DNA from: Eledone cirrhosa
Lineage: Eukaryota
Reading direction: 5' to 3'
DNA: 64,000 nucleotides
Assembly: GCA_964016885.1 (NCBI GenBank)
Contig: OZ024741.1
Location: 325,934,001 to 325,998,000, forward strand
Shown: positions 1 through 12,869 of the stretch, piece by piece
Layout of the letters: every line of letters starts with the position of its first letter
Numbering within the stretch: position 1 is the first letter of the stretch
The notes under the pieces: generated by a model
What the model was told of the DNA's origin: nothing
The model's input: only the letters and a program-made list of their open reading frames with translations
Database searches by the model: none
Made by a program: the position numbers and the translations under genes

Positions 1-260
1 ATACATGCATATATTTATTTTTTTATATCCAATTGAGTTCTTTACTCATGGTTAAAATTATTGACAGAATTAATTGACCTGCGTGCATATTATTTTATTC
101 TTTTATGTTTTGCGATGACCTCCCCTTTCCGCTTGGTGACGGTGTGAGATTTCTCTTTGTGAGACTGCTGGAATTTCAAAATTGGCGGTCACTCTAACAC
201 TGACGGGTACCATCGCTGAATGTTAATATCGGTAGGTTTTTATATCGATATTGTTGGGCA

Positions 261-382
261 TCCACTGATGATTTATAAGTGCCCACCTGCATATATTCCT
301 ATAGACTATGTGTAGGCTTCTACATAACCTGGACATTATTCTCCCAATTTGTAGAAAACTTATAATGAAACGATCGTTTGGA
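261..382 (+). ncRNA. Type I hammerhead ribozyme with expanded stem II, in a Penelope-like 3' terminal fragment ending in (TA)n at ~565
   Basis: tcca-CTGATGA(265)-t-ttataagt...acttataa-t-GAAA(367)-CGATCG-TT-tgga. Stem I tcca/tgga, 8-bp stem II base, palindromic stem III AACGATCGTT. Confidence 0.6.
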
Positions 383-560
383 AAGAGAGATGTATTTTAA
401 TTATGTCTCATATAAAATAATACAACTGGCTATCCGCCAAAAAACGTATAGTTAGCACCCCAAATGTATAATTGGATTATACTAAGGTATATCCTAATGT
501 TTGTTGAGTGAGACGGAAGCCGGTCGGAGTATTGCTTAAAGCTTTCTCTGTTTAATGTAT

Positions 561-649
<89 letters not shown>

Positions 650-1279
650 ATGTGTGTGTGTTTATTTAGATTTATTTTTGCGTTTAGCATTTACCGGAAA
701 TTGATGACAAAACACCAGAATCGAAGGTTTTATGATAAATATAAACACGTTAAAATAAACATTTTTGTAACAAAGGTTCTTACACAAAGTCGTGTAACAA
801 TCGTTTATAATATAAAAAAAAAACACATGAATAAATTTGAGAGAAATCTTATAAACTTACCTTTAAAAATTAGATTCAAAGGACTCAACTGCCCAGACAG
901 AGTTTACCTGCCCAGAGAGGTGTTCACAATACAATCAGGTTTAACAGGTGACACGTAAAACAGTTTCCCGTGGTAAATCCAAAGTGGAAGTACCCAGCCC
1001 CCAACGTCTTAAAATTACGGATGAACATTCGCGAATTTCCATAAATGAAAAAAACAAAACAAACAAAAAAACAGCAACAATCTTTTCCTCTTATTTAAAA
1101 AAAAAATTATTTAAATAATCGGAAAATTTGACATCCGGCAAGGATGCAATCGACCCCCCTCCCCCCACTCCCACAAAAAATCGGAATTGGGGGCGATGTG
1201 AAGGACCGTGGGATTTTCCCAGCATCCGGTACTGTGTGTGTGTGTGTCTGTGTGTGTGTGTGTGTGTGTGTGCGTGTGT

Positions 1280-1538
1280 CTATGTATACACCTGTAACTC
1301 TTGATGGAATCACAGAGGTTTCCCCCTCCCTTCTGGTCTGAACACAGCTGATTTCTTCCAGAGAAGGAGAAAGAGAGAATGTGTATGAGTGTGATAGAAA
1401 GAAATTTATAAAGAGATATAGAGGTAGAAATGACCCCAGTATTAGACTGGTACTTTCTCTGTATGTATCTATGGACCCCTAACTCTCAATGGAGTCATAG
1501 GGAAACCCCTCTCCAGGTCTGAATACTAACTATTTCTT

Positions 1539-1606
<68 letters not shown>

Positions 1607-1835
1607 TTATGTGATGGACAGAGAAGTCAGAAAGAGATATAGAAGAAGAATCAACCCCAGTACTTGACTAGTACTGTGCGTGTGTGTGTGTGTGGACCTG
1701 TAGCACATGGAGTCGTAAGGACACCTCTCTCCAGGTCGCAACACCACCAATTTCTTGCAGAGAGTGATAGAGAGGAAGAGGAAATGTGAAAGTGATATAG
1801 AGAAAGAATCAACCCCAGTGCATTACTGGTACTTT
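1280..1835. repeat. Three degenerate ~200-bp tandem units, each ending in a SINE-tail motif
   Basis: Recurrent cctgtaactc..atggagtc..ctctccaggtctgaa..atttctt..gagag..accccagta..actggtact at ~1290, ~1475 and ~1697. Confidence 0.55.
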
Positions 1836-1962
1836 ATTTTATCAACCGCGAAAGGATGAATGACAAAGTTGAACTTCAGCAGGATTTGAACTCAGAATTC
1901 GGCAGAAAGAAGCAGAACCACAAGGCATTCTACCTGTTCTAACGACTGCCAGTTTATCACCT
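1810..1962 (-). mobile_element. tRNA-derived SINE (octopus-type)
   Basis: The reverse complement has A-box-like TGGCAGTCGTTAG, B-box GAGTTCAAATCC and the family tail tcatcctttcg..gataaaataaagtaccagt..ctggggt. Confidence 0.75.
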
Positions 1963-2483
1963 GTATTATTAATTCTTCCACACATTCTCCCACTTATTCC
2001 TGGGAGGGCCATGTGGGGCAGAGTCCAGAAACCCTCCTTCCAACGGCTGCTGTCAGAAGAACCGTCTCTAACTGATCCGGCTGCGTCCCCAAGCGTCACT
2101 AGCCAATGTTATCCAACCATCTTACTCGGCGGGGTATATATCTGGGTACCCTGATGGTTGGTTTTGCCCGTAAAATCTGTCTAATGATTCTTTTCTGAGA
2201 CATTCTAACCTCATGACCGTGTCTGTACAGTGGTGTTGTCGCAGCCATGTTCAAAGAGAACCAGTAAACTATGATCTCCACTGTATTCTGAAGGTTCACA
2301 GGTGACCTGATGCAAGACCAGAGGCCAGGGAGATCCATAGTTGCCATCAATGTGCGAAGGAGGGCAGGTCTCTATCAGTCTTGAAAAGCCATATCCGGGC
2401 GTCACACATCTGAATCTGACAAGCGATTACAATACTCTTATCAGAGTTTGCAGCCATATATATATATATATATACATATATAA

Positions 2484-2793
<310 letters not shown>

Positions 2794-2830
2794 CGTGTGT
2801 GTGTGTGTGTGTGCGTGTGTGTGTGTGCGC

Positions 2831-2876
<46 letters not shown>

Positions 2877-2904
2877 TGGAAGTGAGAAAGAGATACAGAG
2901 GAAG

Positions 2905-3298
2905 AATCGACCACAGTACGTGACTGGTACTTATTTTATAGATCTTAAATGGATGAAAGGCAAATTTAACCGCGGCGGGATTTGGACTCAGAGAGTAGAG
3001 AGACAGAACCAATACCGCAAGGCATTCTATCTGACGTTCTAATCACTCTGCTAAATTCACCACCTAATAACATGATTAAATTATGGTTTCTGATTTACGT
3101 ACAAGTCCTACAATTTTGGGCTAGGGGGAGAGCAAAGTCAAATAAATCGACTGAAGTGTGTTACTGGTTCTTTATTTTATTGATCCTGTAAGGATGAAAG
3201 GTAAAGCTAAGGTCAGCGGGATTTGAATTCAGAACGTGAAGGGACATAACTCTATGTCACAGTGCATGTTGTCGGACGCTCTACCGATTCTACTGCCA
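2905..3298 (-). mobile_element. Two adjacent tRNA-derived SINE copies (2905-3065 and 3105-3298)
   Basis: Same A/B-box head and gataaaataagtaccagt tail as the other copies. Confidence 0.65.
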
Positions 3299-3429
3299 AT
3301 AAAAGATAAAAGATAAATATAAAAAAAAATAGAAAAAAAATGGTTCTTTATTTTTGTGGTGTGCATCAGGGAGATTCAGAAGAGGGTTCTTTGGTGTTTT
3401 GTTGTTATGCTGAATCTCCCAGATAACTG

Positions 3430-3785
3430 TAGCAATACCTCTCTGCCAATCTGTTGAACGGTTGAAAATATATATTATTTTCTTAAGTATACATCGGCTG
3501 AGTAGCTTCATTTGCATACCGGGCGAGGAACGGCTGGCCTTGCCGTATATTAAAAATAAAATTAGAATAAAATACTATATATATTGAACTGTTCAACAGA
3601 TTGGAAGAGGTATATAGTCCTGACGAAGGATAATGACGCGGAATCATGTTGATTGTTCCTCAAAGCCAGTGTTAAATAAAGGGATGGCGATCGGTCATCG
3701 GTACAGAATAGATTTACTCGGCCGTTTGTTTACAAACGAATCGAATATTATTATTAACGTTCGATATAACCCATTCGTACATATG
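3430..3785. mobile_element. Diverged retrozyme-like family A copy with inverted 5' piece and degenerate HHR at 3614-3656 (+)
   Basis: Aligns with 8740-8935 (gttcaac..tgg..aggtata..CTGACGA..gtttgtttacaaac..gttcg). The core GAAA is mutated to GGAAT. Octamer on the minus strand at 3510-3517. Confidence 0.55.
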
Positions 3786-3795
3786 TATATGTATG

Positions 3796-3871
<76 letters not shown>

Positions 3872-3873
<2 letters not shown>

Positions 3874-4726
3874 TACATTTAGTCCTTCATCAGTGATCTT
3901 CCAGCCTTCATTGGTATTTCATCGCTTTAAAGACCATATACCTCTGGCTGGTGCGAGCAACGGCTAAAGAAAGTCGTTGGGACACGTAAATAGGGAGAAC
4001 GAGTGAGACAGTAAACAAACAAAGATGGTAATGCAACGAAAAGTTAGGAAGAAGGAGTCAAGTCCCTGAAATCGATGAACATAAGTTCTGTGAAATCGAA
4101 GACGAGAGAGAATAAAGACCATCCGACCTGGTCGAAGTGTGAGTGAGGAAAGAATCTATCACAGGTCAAACGGGAGGAAGTAGGAGAGGGAGTAGCAGAG
4201 CATGAGTGAGTGAAAGTGTGATGAAGAGGCTAACGGAGAAAGTGACTGGTAGAGGGTGTAAAAGGAAGTGAGAGATACCGAGAAAAGGGGAAGCAGTAAG
4301 AAAGAAACAGACGGGTCACAGCGGAGAAAAATATATATGAAGAATATGAAAACATGGCGTGCTGCGTGGTTCCAAATGGGTTACATATGAATAAATTTAG
4401 TCCTTCATCAGTGATCTTCCAGCCTTCATTGGTATTTCATCGCTTTAAAGACCATATACCTCTGGCTGGGGCGAACAACGGCTAAAGAAAGTCGTAAAAA
4501 TATGAAAACATGGCGTGCTGCGTGGTTTTGTTTACTGTCTCGCTCGTTCCCCCTATTGACTTGTCCCAACGACTTTCTTTAGCCGTTGCTCGCACCAGCA
4601 AGAGGTATATGGTCTTTAAAGCGATGAAATACCAATGAAGGCTGGAAGATCACTGATGAAGGACTAAATTTATTCATATGTAACCCATTTGCAACCACGC
4701 AGCACGCCATGTTTTCATATTTTTTA
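3872..4726. repeat. Direct plus inverted repeat of a ~150-200 bp unit (3872-4022, 4340-4497, inverted 4526-4726) between (TA)n tracts
   Basis: Near-identical tagtccttcatcagtgatcttccagcc..ggctaaagaaagtcg copies. Each contains CTGATGAAGGAC, but I found no matching GAAA half. Confidence 0.75.
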
Positions 4727-4887
4727 TATATATATATATATATTTCGTTGACATATATATCAATATGCCCAGACATGCAGATATATTGCCCTTGGTATGG
4801 CAGTGTGGTTTTAGCTCAATGTAGGATAACAGAGCCGTTATAGTTATAGGAATAACCAAAGAGTGCTTAGAAATACATTGTTTTATT

Positions 4888-4935
4888 AGCTAACAGTTTT
4901 TCATCCATACACCATGGCAGAAATCATCAGAGCCT
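4888..4935 (-). ncRNA. Degenerate minimal hammerhead at the Penelope 3' end
   Basis: Minus strand: ggct-CTGATGA-tttctg-ccat-ggtgt-atgg-at-GAAAAACTGTT-agct. Confidence 0.45.
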
Positions 4936-6921
4936 ATATACATGAGTATATCAGTAGTTGCATGCTCCATCGAGCTGCGTCACCAGAACAAGTTTAAAGG
5001 ACCAGCAGGGTGGTTTCGAGGCCAGTGCTATATGGAAAAAGACAGAATACATGATGCCTATAATGTCATAAAATGTCGTAAAAATTAAAAAATTAAAAAA
5101 TTAAAATTACACCAAAACTTTATCACTTAAATGGTGCAATAGATGATAAAGAGCTTGCGAGACGGTAGCAAGGGATGAGTGAGGGTATTACTCAGCATGA
5201 TCAGAAACAATAATAAAATAATAAAAAAAAATAAATAAAAAAGTACAAAAATACAGTGATAAGAAAAGAGATAAATATAAAAATACAAAACAATAAAGGA
5301 ACAAAAAGCCCGGAAACCTCCCCAAAATATAAGACAAAGCAAAGCATAGATGCATCAAAGCACAAGCAGTGCAAAAAGATGGTGTACAGGCAGATCAAGA
5401 GAGTTTGCAAGCATGAGTCTGCGAGAAGAATAGTTGGTTAGCAGTGGTGCAGCCTTACATGTATGATAGTCCATATGAGGGATGGTGTACTCCAAATATA
5501 TCGCCTTGTAACAGGTCGATTCTCCTTATCATATCAGCAGCCTTCGAACCACATCGATATGTTCCAGTTCCGAACGTTAAGTGAGATAACGCTATTTTTC
5601 CAAAACCTATACCCAGGGGATTTATCACCATGGGCGGTTTGGGATATACACCCAAAATCTGAAATAAAAAAATATAAGAAAGTACGACGAGTTAAAGACA
5701 TGTATGGTACATATACAGCCGGCACCGATGTGAGGAAATTGAAAACACGCCAGGTCCACAGAAACTGGCATTTCCCAAAATCCTCACGTTCGGTCGCTCA
5801 ATCCAACGTGCCAGGTGAAATTCACTGTATGTCCAAGTTGGCGTTTAACCAATGTATCGCACCGCATACAACTGTACCACAGTAAATACAAATCGCGATG
5901 GCTATTCCGTTATATATAGAGAAAAAGTGTATATAGGAAACTCCGCTTTCAGAATCACATATGGCAGAATGAGCATATATTGTTATAATAATAGGCGGGT
6001 TTATTATAGTGAGTGCAAATTTCTGTAGAATATATAGATATATATAGAAGAGAGAACTCACAGCCAAACTTGTCAATGACAGCTATGTTATTTATATGTC
6101 CGCCACGAGGTTTTCGTTTAGATTATTGACTCCGGAGGTTGCAATCCATTCACAGTCGGGTGTGACCCCTCCTGGGTCGGCGGGAGGTCAATATCCAGTG
6201 CTGCACTTTGCCTTGAGTGTGGTTCTATAATTCATCAAAGCTGGATCACAATTCATATTCAACTAACTCCAACTTTCAAAGATTAGTCTCTCGCTTGTAA
6301 CACACAACGGTGGTCTGAATATAAACACAGGAAGTCGTAGAGTACGTATGAAAGGTATGGGAGGCAATTCGCGTCATAAAGAGCGGATTCATTAGATATC
6401 CAACGGGATGTTAGGGGCGAGTCTTTTGTTTGATTCGAAGCCCTCAGCGATCAACGTCCCCTTCCCCCTAGGGCTAGGTCGATTCAGCGGCGCCTAGCCC
6501 ACACAATTTGCTACCATAGTTCACTATACTAGGTTAGATCTATTACACACTTTAGGGTTCAGGTTAACTAGACTCCGGGATCCCAATTCAGCCGCTTTAT
6601 GGCTGCGGTGGGTTTTCTGGTCTTTCGACAGACTATTGTGCTGTGCTATCAGTTAGCGCAAATGGGTGTGTTTATGAACCATAGTAACATGGTTAGTGTG
6701 GGTATGTGCCTATATAGGGTCAAGCTGTGCTAGGTATAGTGAAAAGCCTTAAGTAGGTTCTACCCCAGGGTTCTTGGCTTGTGGTCCAATAAGATGAACC
6801 AGGGAAGAGAGGAAGAAAAGTAAGTGAGAGGGGGGAGAAGAGAAGAGGTATTAGAGTAGTCTATATGCACCTGAAGGGCAGTTATCGTCACAAAGGAACC
6901 AGGATGCAGTGCGGCATGGTT

Positions 6922-8490
6922 TTACGTAGGCCAGACAGGACGGATGTATGCAGGTCCTACAGCGTTAGCTAATTGGTCTAAAGTATAGAAGGAGCTAAGA
7001 TTTATGTGCGGGCAAGAAGAGAATATCTCCGACTTCCTATTTAGCAGGTTCAGTTTGGAGTGTATTATGGCGTGTGATTCAGAGAGACAAAGGTCACAGG
7101 TCTTGTTAGGGGGTCTGTACTGCGATGATTTAGTGATGATTCTCCAATCAAGCGTGTATTGAATATCAGTGTTCTTCAGGAGGGATATGTAGCTAGCTAG
7201 GGATGTAGTATTCTTAAGTCTATCATGTCTAAATATATAGCGATGGGAGTTGTATCTAGTCTTAAAGGGCGTCGATGTAGACCCTACATATGTTTTGGGG
7301 GATGTCCAAGTTGTAACATCACAGGCGTAGACAATATTGTTTATAAGGCATTGTCCCTTTAGGGGGCACTCCGCCTTTCGTCTGCAGTTACATTTTCGGT
7401 GTATGTGAGTCTGCGGCACACGAGATGTTTGGATTGCCGTGCGTTCCAGATTTGGCAACCGTACATCAGATGTGTGGATAGTATTGCTGGGTGACGCCAC
7501 ATCAGGTCCATCTAGTGGTTGCCGGTGTGCCGCAGCTGAAATGGTATCGAAACCCTTTCTAATTTTGTTGTTGTTCGTTATGGCTAGGTGACGAGCTAGA
7601 TTTGGAGTAGTGGAGAATGATAGCTTAATTGTGTTTTTATTAATGATACTATGGTATTTACTACCGGGGGGGGGAAGTTCTTTTCCAATATCGAGAAGAA
7701 TGTCTTTGGTATATTGGTTGATACCTCCGAGTTGTAAGGTGGATTAAAGTAGGAATTAGATATTCGTCTATTTTTCTTATTTTTCGTATTAGGGGAAGAG
7801 TTGGCTCTGGACATAGACAACCCATCTTCCGTGGTAGAGAGAACCTGGGGTGGTAACCTTACCCGGAGGGGTTCACACGCTTCCCTGTCTTTCCTATTGC
7901 ACTTCAATTTTCTAGCTTTTATCCTAGTGTTAGTGTTATTGCCATACCGATGAGGCGTGTTAAATGGATTCCCTTGGGGTTGGTCAGAGCCGCCTACAGT
8001 ACCCGTGTAGTTCCTATTTTTGTGTCCGCTTCTATTAGGCAAAGCCATATTGTGTGTGATTACATTATATTGTCCGGCCCTGGTGGTTTGGGCGTTGTTA
8101 TGTATGTAGTATATGTTTTCTCTAAAACCGGACTTTGCTAGTGCTTTATTATAGTACCTTGCATTAGACCTAAATGCATGCTCATTATGTGATAGTCTGC
8201 TAATCTTGTTTGATACTCCTTTAATTATGGCATTTAGGACGGATCTAGGGTGGTTGGAATTTGCATTCACGTATGTTAGTGTTTCATCTGGCTTGTGATA
8301 GGGTGAGAAGTATTTATTTTCCAAGTCTAGGGTTACGTCTAGAAAGTTAACTGTTTTATTATTTATGTCTATCGTTATGCTAAAGTTAAAGCTTTTGAAG
8401 AATTTATGTAGTTCTTTTCTCGTCCTTTCTATATTATGTTTTTTATAATCAAAAGTGAACAGGGCGTCGTCCCGGTATAGCCCGCAATTG
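6922..8490 (-). pseudogene. Penelope RT C-terminus, linker and GIY-YIG endonuclease, with one frameshift in a G-run at ~7670
   Basis: ORFs 7596-8324 and 6922-7500 join into one frame if the homopolymer is corrected (KNFP..KYHSIINKNTIKLSFSTT). Colinear with the 38280-40030 protein. Confidence 0.85.
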
Positions 8491-8513
8491 AAATTATATA
8501 TATATATATATAT

Positions 8514-8934
8514 ATAAATGGAATAGAATGAAACGAAATTTCATTTCTCACTCTTAGTACGGCAGTTACTTAAATGTACGGTAGTTACATTAAATTAACT
8601 GCCGTACTAAGAGTGAGAAATGAAACTTCGTTTCATTCTATTCCATTTATCGCTTTTGGTGCGCCCGGCCGACTAAACTCACTCGATATGCAAATTAGGC
8701 TGCTCAGCCGTTAATATGCATAAGGAAAGTATATACTTTCAGACGTTCAACCATCTGGCAGGAAGGTATACGATGCTGACGATAGCTAATAAGCTTGAAA
8801 CTAGTACATCGTTCTTGTGTCAGTGTTGAACAAAAAGGTGACGTCGTTGCCTAAACACTGTACGGCGTAATTAGGGCTGTTTGTTTGTTTACAAACAAAC
8901 CGAGCATTATAATAAATGTTCGGTAAACCGATAC

Positions 8935-8973
<39 letters not shown>

Positions 8974-9020
8974 CATGTTTGTATATATATACATACTACT
9001 GTACGTCTGTATACATAGAT
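8514..9020 (+). mobile_element. Retrozyme-like family A unit with a 5' foldback hairpin (arms 8514-8568 and 8596-8650)
   Basis: Non-coding and homologous to 18070-18683 and 28526-28600. Contains an octamer at 8688-8695 and an HHR at 8770-8812. Confidence 0.75.
8770..8812 (+). ncRNA. Minimal type I hammerhead ribozyme
   Basis: acgatg-CTGACGA-t-agct-aata-agct-t-GAAA-CTAG-TA-catcgt. 6-bp stem I, GUA cleavage triplet. Confidence 0.85.
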
Positions 9021-9236
9021 ATCTTGAGAATAACATTAAACAAATAGGGATTGCAATGCGGATGGAACATTTACAAAAACAGTATTGCTTGGAACACTCG
9101 AATACTCCGGAGGGTACTCGAAGTATAAGGGGTGCTACCCCACTTCACTGGTAGTGAACAGCTAACACAAATACCACTAACACTAATACCACTAATCTCC
9201 AGCTTTAGAAGCTGAGCGAACAACAACAACAACAAC

Positions 9237-9277
<41 letters not shown>
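9020..9277 (+). mobile_element. 3' fragment of an R4/Dong-type LINE with an (AAC)(AAT)n tail
   Basis: Encodes a frameshifted ..MEHLQKTVLLG..ILRRVLEV* C-terminus like that of the 9279-11183 ORF. Confidence 0.65.
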
Positions 9278-9278
<1 letters not shown>

Positions 9279-9279
<1 letters not shown>

Positions 9280-11183
9280 TGTCTGAGGAAATCTACCATC
9301 ACCTCCACACAAACAACTTGTTACCGGACGAACAGAAAGGATGCCGAAAGAAGTCACGTGGTACAAAGGACCAGTTACTTATTGATAAGATGGTAATGGG
9401 GAATTGCAGGAGGAGACACACTGATCTTGCCATGGGATGGATAGACTACAGAAAGGCATTTGACATGGTGCCTCATTCTTGGATCACCAAAAGCCTGGAG
9501 ATCTTCAGGGTGGCAGATAACATCAGACAGTTGCTGGGCAGGAGTATGGGGTCCTGGGAGACAGAGTTGACATTAACTGGAGTATCCTTGGGAAGCGTGA
9601 AGATCAAGAGAGATATCTTCCAGGGAGATAGCCTGTCCCCTCTGTTGTTTGTCCTTGCCCTGATGCCCTTGACCATTATGCTGCGAAAAGTGAGAGCAGG
9701 ATACAAGTTGGGAAAGGGAGAGCTTACCACCAATCACCTCCTCTTCATGGACGATCTTAAGCTCTTCGGGAAAAGTGAGAAGGAGTTGGATGTGCTTGTT
9801 GACACTGTCCGTATTTTCAGCAGTGATATATGTATGCAGTTTGGTATTAGTAAATGTGGAGTCATTGTGATGAGGAGGGGTAGGTTGAGCAGAAGTAACG
9901 GGATCCAGATACCAACAGGTGAGATGATAAAGGAAATTGACTCTGGGGAAGGATACAAGTATTTGGGCGTTCTGGAGGCTGATGGCATAAAGAACAAAAA
10001 AATGAAGGAATTGTTAAGAACTGAATACATTCGGAGAGTAAGGAGCGTATTGAAGTCACATCTGAACAGCAGAAATGCCATAAGCGCAGTAAATTCCCGA
10101 GCTGTGTCTATTATTAGGTACAGTGCGGGAATTCTGAGATGGAATGTTGCTGAACAAAAAGAAATGGATAGGAAGACTAGGAAGCTATTGACTATCTACA
10201 ACATGTTCCACAAGAGGAGTGATGTCGATAGACTCTACCTAAGGAGATCTGAGGGTGGAAGAGGTCTTATCAGCATAGAGGACTGTGTTCAGATGGAGAA
10301 AAACAACCTATACAAATACGTGACCTATAGTAAGGAGCCAATGCTCAGAACTGTACTGAAGGAGGGGACAGTAGGCCAGGGGATGTCCAAGGAGGAAATA
10401 ACATCAAGGAGGAAGAGCAGCCTTAAGGGAAAATCCCTTCATAGTACCTTCTTTGAGAAAACTGAATTTAGAGATCCACAGACATGGAACTGGTTGAGAA
10501 GCGGAGACCTCAAAAAGGCTACAGAAGGAATGCTAATGGCTGCGCAGGAGCAGGCCCTCAAAACGAAGTGGTTGAAGCACCATATTTACAAGGAGGAGGC
10601 TAGCCCACTGAGCAGGATCTGTGGAGAGAGAGAGGAGACTGTGGCTCACATTGTGTCCGAGTGTAAACACCTAGCCCAGACCCACTATAAGGGCTGGAGA
10701 CACGATGTGATGGGCAGGGTGATCCACTGGCACCTGTGCAAAGCAAACAATTTACCACATTCTGAGAAATGGTATGAGCATAGGCCAGAGGCGGTGATGG
10801 AGAACAATCAGGTGAAGGTGCTGTGGGATTTTAGGATACAGACGGACAAAAAACTGGAACACGATAGACCTGACCTGGTGGTTGTGGACAAAGAAAAAAG
10901 ATCGTGTCTGATTGTGGATGTGGCCTGCCCTTTCGACACGAGAGTGCAAGAGAAGGAGAGGGAGAAAATTAACCGATACCAGGACCTAAAGTGGGAGGTG
11001 AAAAGGATTTGGAACTGCCATGAAGTCAAAGTGATCCCGATTGTCATAGGCGCACTGGGGACTATCTCCAAAAGTTTCCAGGGATGGTTAAAGAAAATCG
11101 GCCCCTTCACGCTTTTTGGAACGCTTCAAAAGGCATGCTTGCTCGGAACAGCAAGAACCCTCCGATACGTCCTGAATATCTGA
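9279..11183 (+). CDS. 5'-truncated R4/Dong-clade non-LTR retrotransposon ORF (RT, CCHC-like knuckle, restriction-like endonuclease)
   Basis: 634-aa open frame with [63 protein letters not shown]. Flanked by (AAT)n on both sides. Confidence 0.93.
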
Positions 11184-11295
11184 GGCTGCAGGTAGTGGCT
11201 TGATATTCATTCCAACGGACTTTCCAGTTAACCAACATCAATGACTGAGATTCAAGGAATAACAACAATAATAATAATAATAATAATAATAATAA

Positions 11296-11520
11296 CTGGG
11301 GTAGCACCCCTTATACTTCGAGTACCCTCCGGAGTATTCGAGTGTTCCAAGCAATGCTGTTTTTGTAAATGTTCCATCCGCATTGCAATCCCTATTTGTT
11401 TAATGTTATTCTCAAGATATCTATGTATACAGACGTACAGTAGTATGTATATATATACAAACATGCACACACACACACACACATATATATATATGCACGT
11501 ATCGGTTTACCGAACATTAT
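11296..11520 (-). repeat. Inverted duplicate of 8915-9143
   Basis: Near-identical reverse complement that spans the retrozyme/Dong junction. Confidence 0.85.
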
Positions 11521-11529
11521 TATTATTAA

Positions 11530-12345
11530 GAGGGTATGTCTGCTAATTGATATGTCTGTTCCAATAGACAAGAATGTATCTATAAAAACATTTGAAAAAT
11601 TGAGCAAGTATAAGAACCTGGAGATAGAAATTGGAAAAATGTGGAAATTGAGAACTAAAACAATACCAGTGATTGTAGGCGCTCTGGGAATGATACCTAA
11701 GGGGTCTAATGATTACTTATCGCAAATACCAGGAAACCCGCGTATAGGAGAAATACAAAAGATGGGAACTGCCCATATACTAAGGAAGATTATGTCAATA
11801 TAAGTACATCACAAGTCTAAACACTAAAGATGCATGTGTGAGTATGTATGTTCTTTCTTGAACATGGCGGACCTTGTTGTCTCTTGAGGTCACTGGTTGT
11901 GACTTGGTGATAACTCGTATGAACATAAAGCAAGATAAATACAATAATAATAATAATAAAAATTGAGCAAGTATAAGGACCTGGAGATAGAAATTGGAAA
12001 AATGTGGAAATTGAGAACTAAAACAATACCAGTGACTGTAGGCGCTCTAGGAATGATATCTAAGGGGTCTAATGATTACTTATCGCAAATCCCAGGAAAC
12101 CCGCGTATAGGAGAAGTACAAAAGATAGTACTAATGGGAACTTCCCATATACTAAGGAAGATTCTGTCAATATAAGTACATCACAAGTCTAAACACCTAA
12201 AGATGCATGTGTGAGTATGTATGTTCTTTCTTGAACATGGCGGACCTTGTTGTCTCTTGAGGTCACTGGTTGTGACTTGGTGATAACTCGTATGAACATA
12301 AAGCAAGATAAATGCAGCTGTAATAATAATAATAATAATAATAAT
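11530..12345 (+). mobile_element. Two tandem 3' fragments of another Dong/R4-type LINE, each with an (AAT)n tail
   Basis: KYKNLEIEIGKMWK..IPVIVGALG..ILRKI peptides at 11552-11803 and 11963-12175, with identical 3' UTRs. Confidence 0.85.
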
Positions 12346-12860
12346 GTTTTCTTTATTAACCATAAGGGTTTACATAAAGTATACATTAAGGACAGTACAT
12401 GACAATACAGGACGGTACAAATGGGCATTTCTGCGTGTAAAACCCAAAAACAGAGGATGTAAGAAAAAAATAACAATGAAAAATTCCCCAATACGGGGGA
12501 GACTTCCGAGGGACATTCGTGGAGAAAGCCCATTAAAAAGCCACAGTGACCCTGACCACCAGGGCAAGTGCCCTCTCCCAGTTTTCCACCTTTAATTTAC
12601 AGACACATACTCAGAGTAGGCCCATTCACTCGGGCCATTCTTGCCTCTCTCACCCATTTTTCAACAAAATGCTGGGAAGAGAGCACTTCCCTATCTACTC
12701 TGATTTTCCTTTTCAAATGAAATTTGAAAAAGTTAATCAGGGCATCACCGAAGAGGTAAGTGCTCGTCTTCAGCCCTTTCAAACGCTGAAGACTAGCACT
12801 TACAACCGAAGTCACGAAGGAGGCTGTCACAAAGCACTCAATGAAAGAGTAACCATTAAA
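12346..12860 (-). mobile_element. 3' fragment of a Tx1/L1-type LINE
   Basis: Peptide ..LKGLKT..FFKFHLKRKIRVDREVL..ARMARVNGP matches the ORF2 end at 60101. AATAAA on the minus strand near 12352. Confidence 0.8.
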
Positions 12861-12869
12861 TTACTCTCA

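Larger units (their letters stand above)
4750..8495 (-). mobile_element. 5'-truncated Penelope-like retroelement (Naiad-like) with a long 3' UTR
   Basis: RT motif GLYRDDAL near 8480, NFLDVTLDL, thumb, YFNPP, CNC..CPLKGQC, then GIY-YIG (IVYACDV..YVGST..FKTRYNSH). Flanked by (TA)n. HHR near the 3' end. Confidence 0.85.

Noticed and set aside
6922-8490. Selenocysteine (in-frame TGA) recoding, reported for some Naiad elements
   Set aside because: Conserved Cys positions are ordinary Cys codons, and the ORF break is a homopolymer frameshift.
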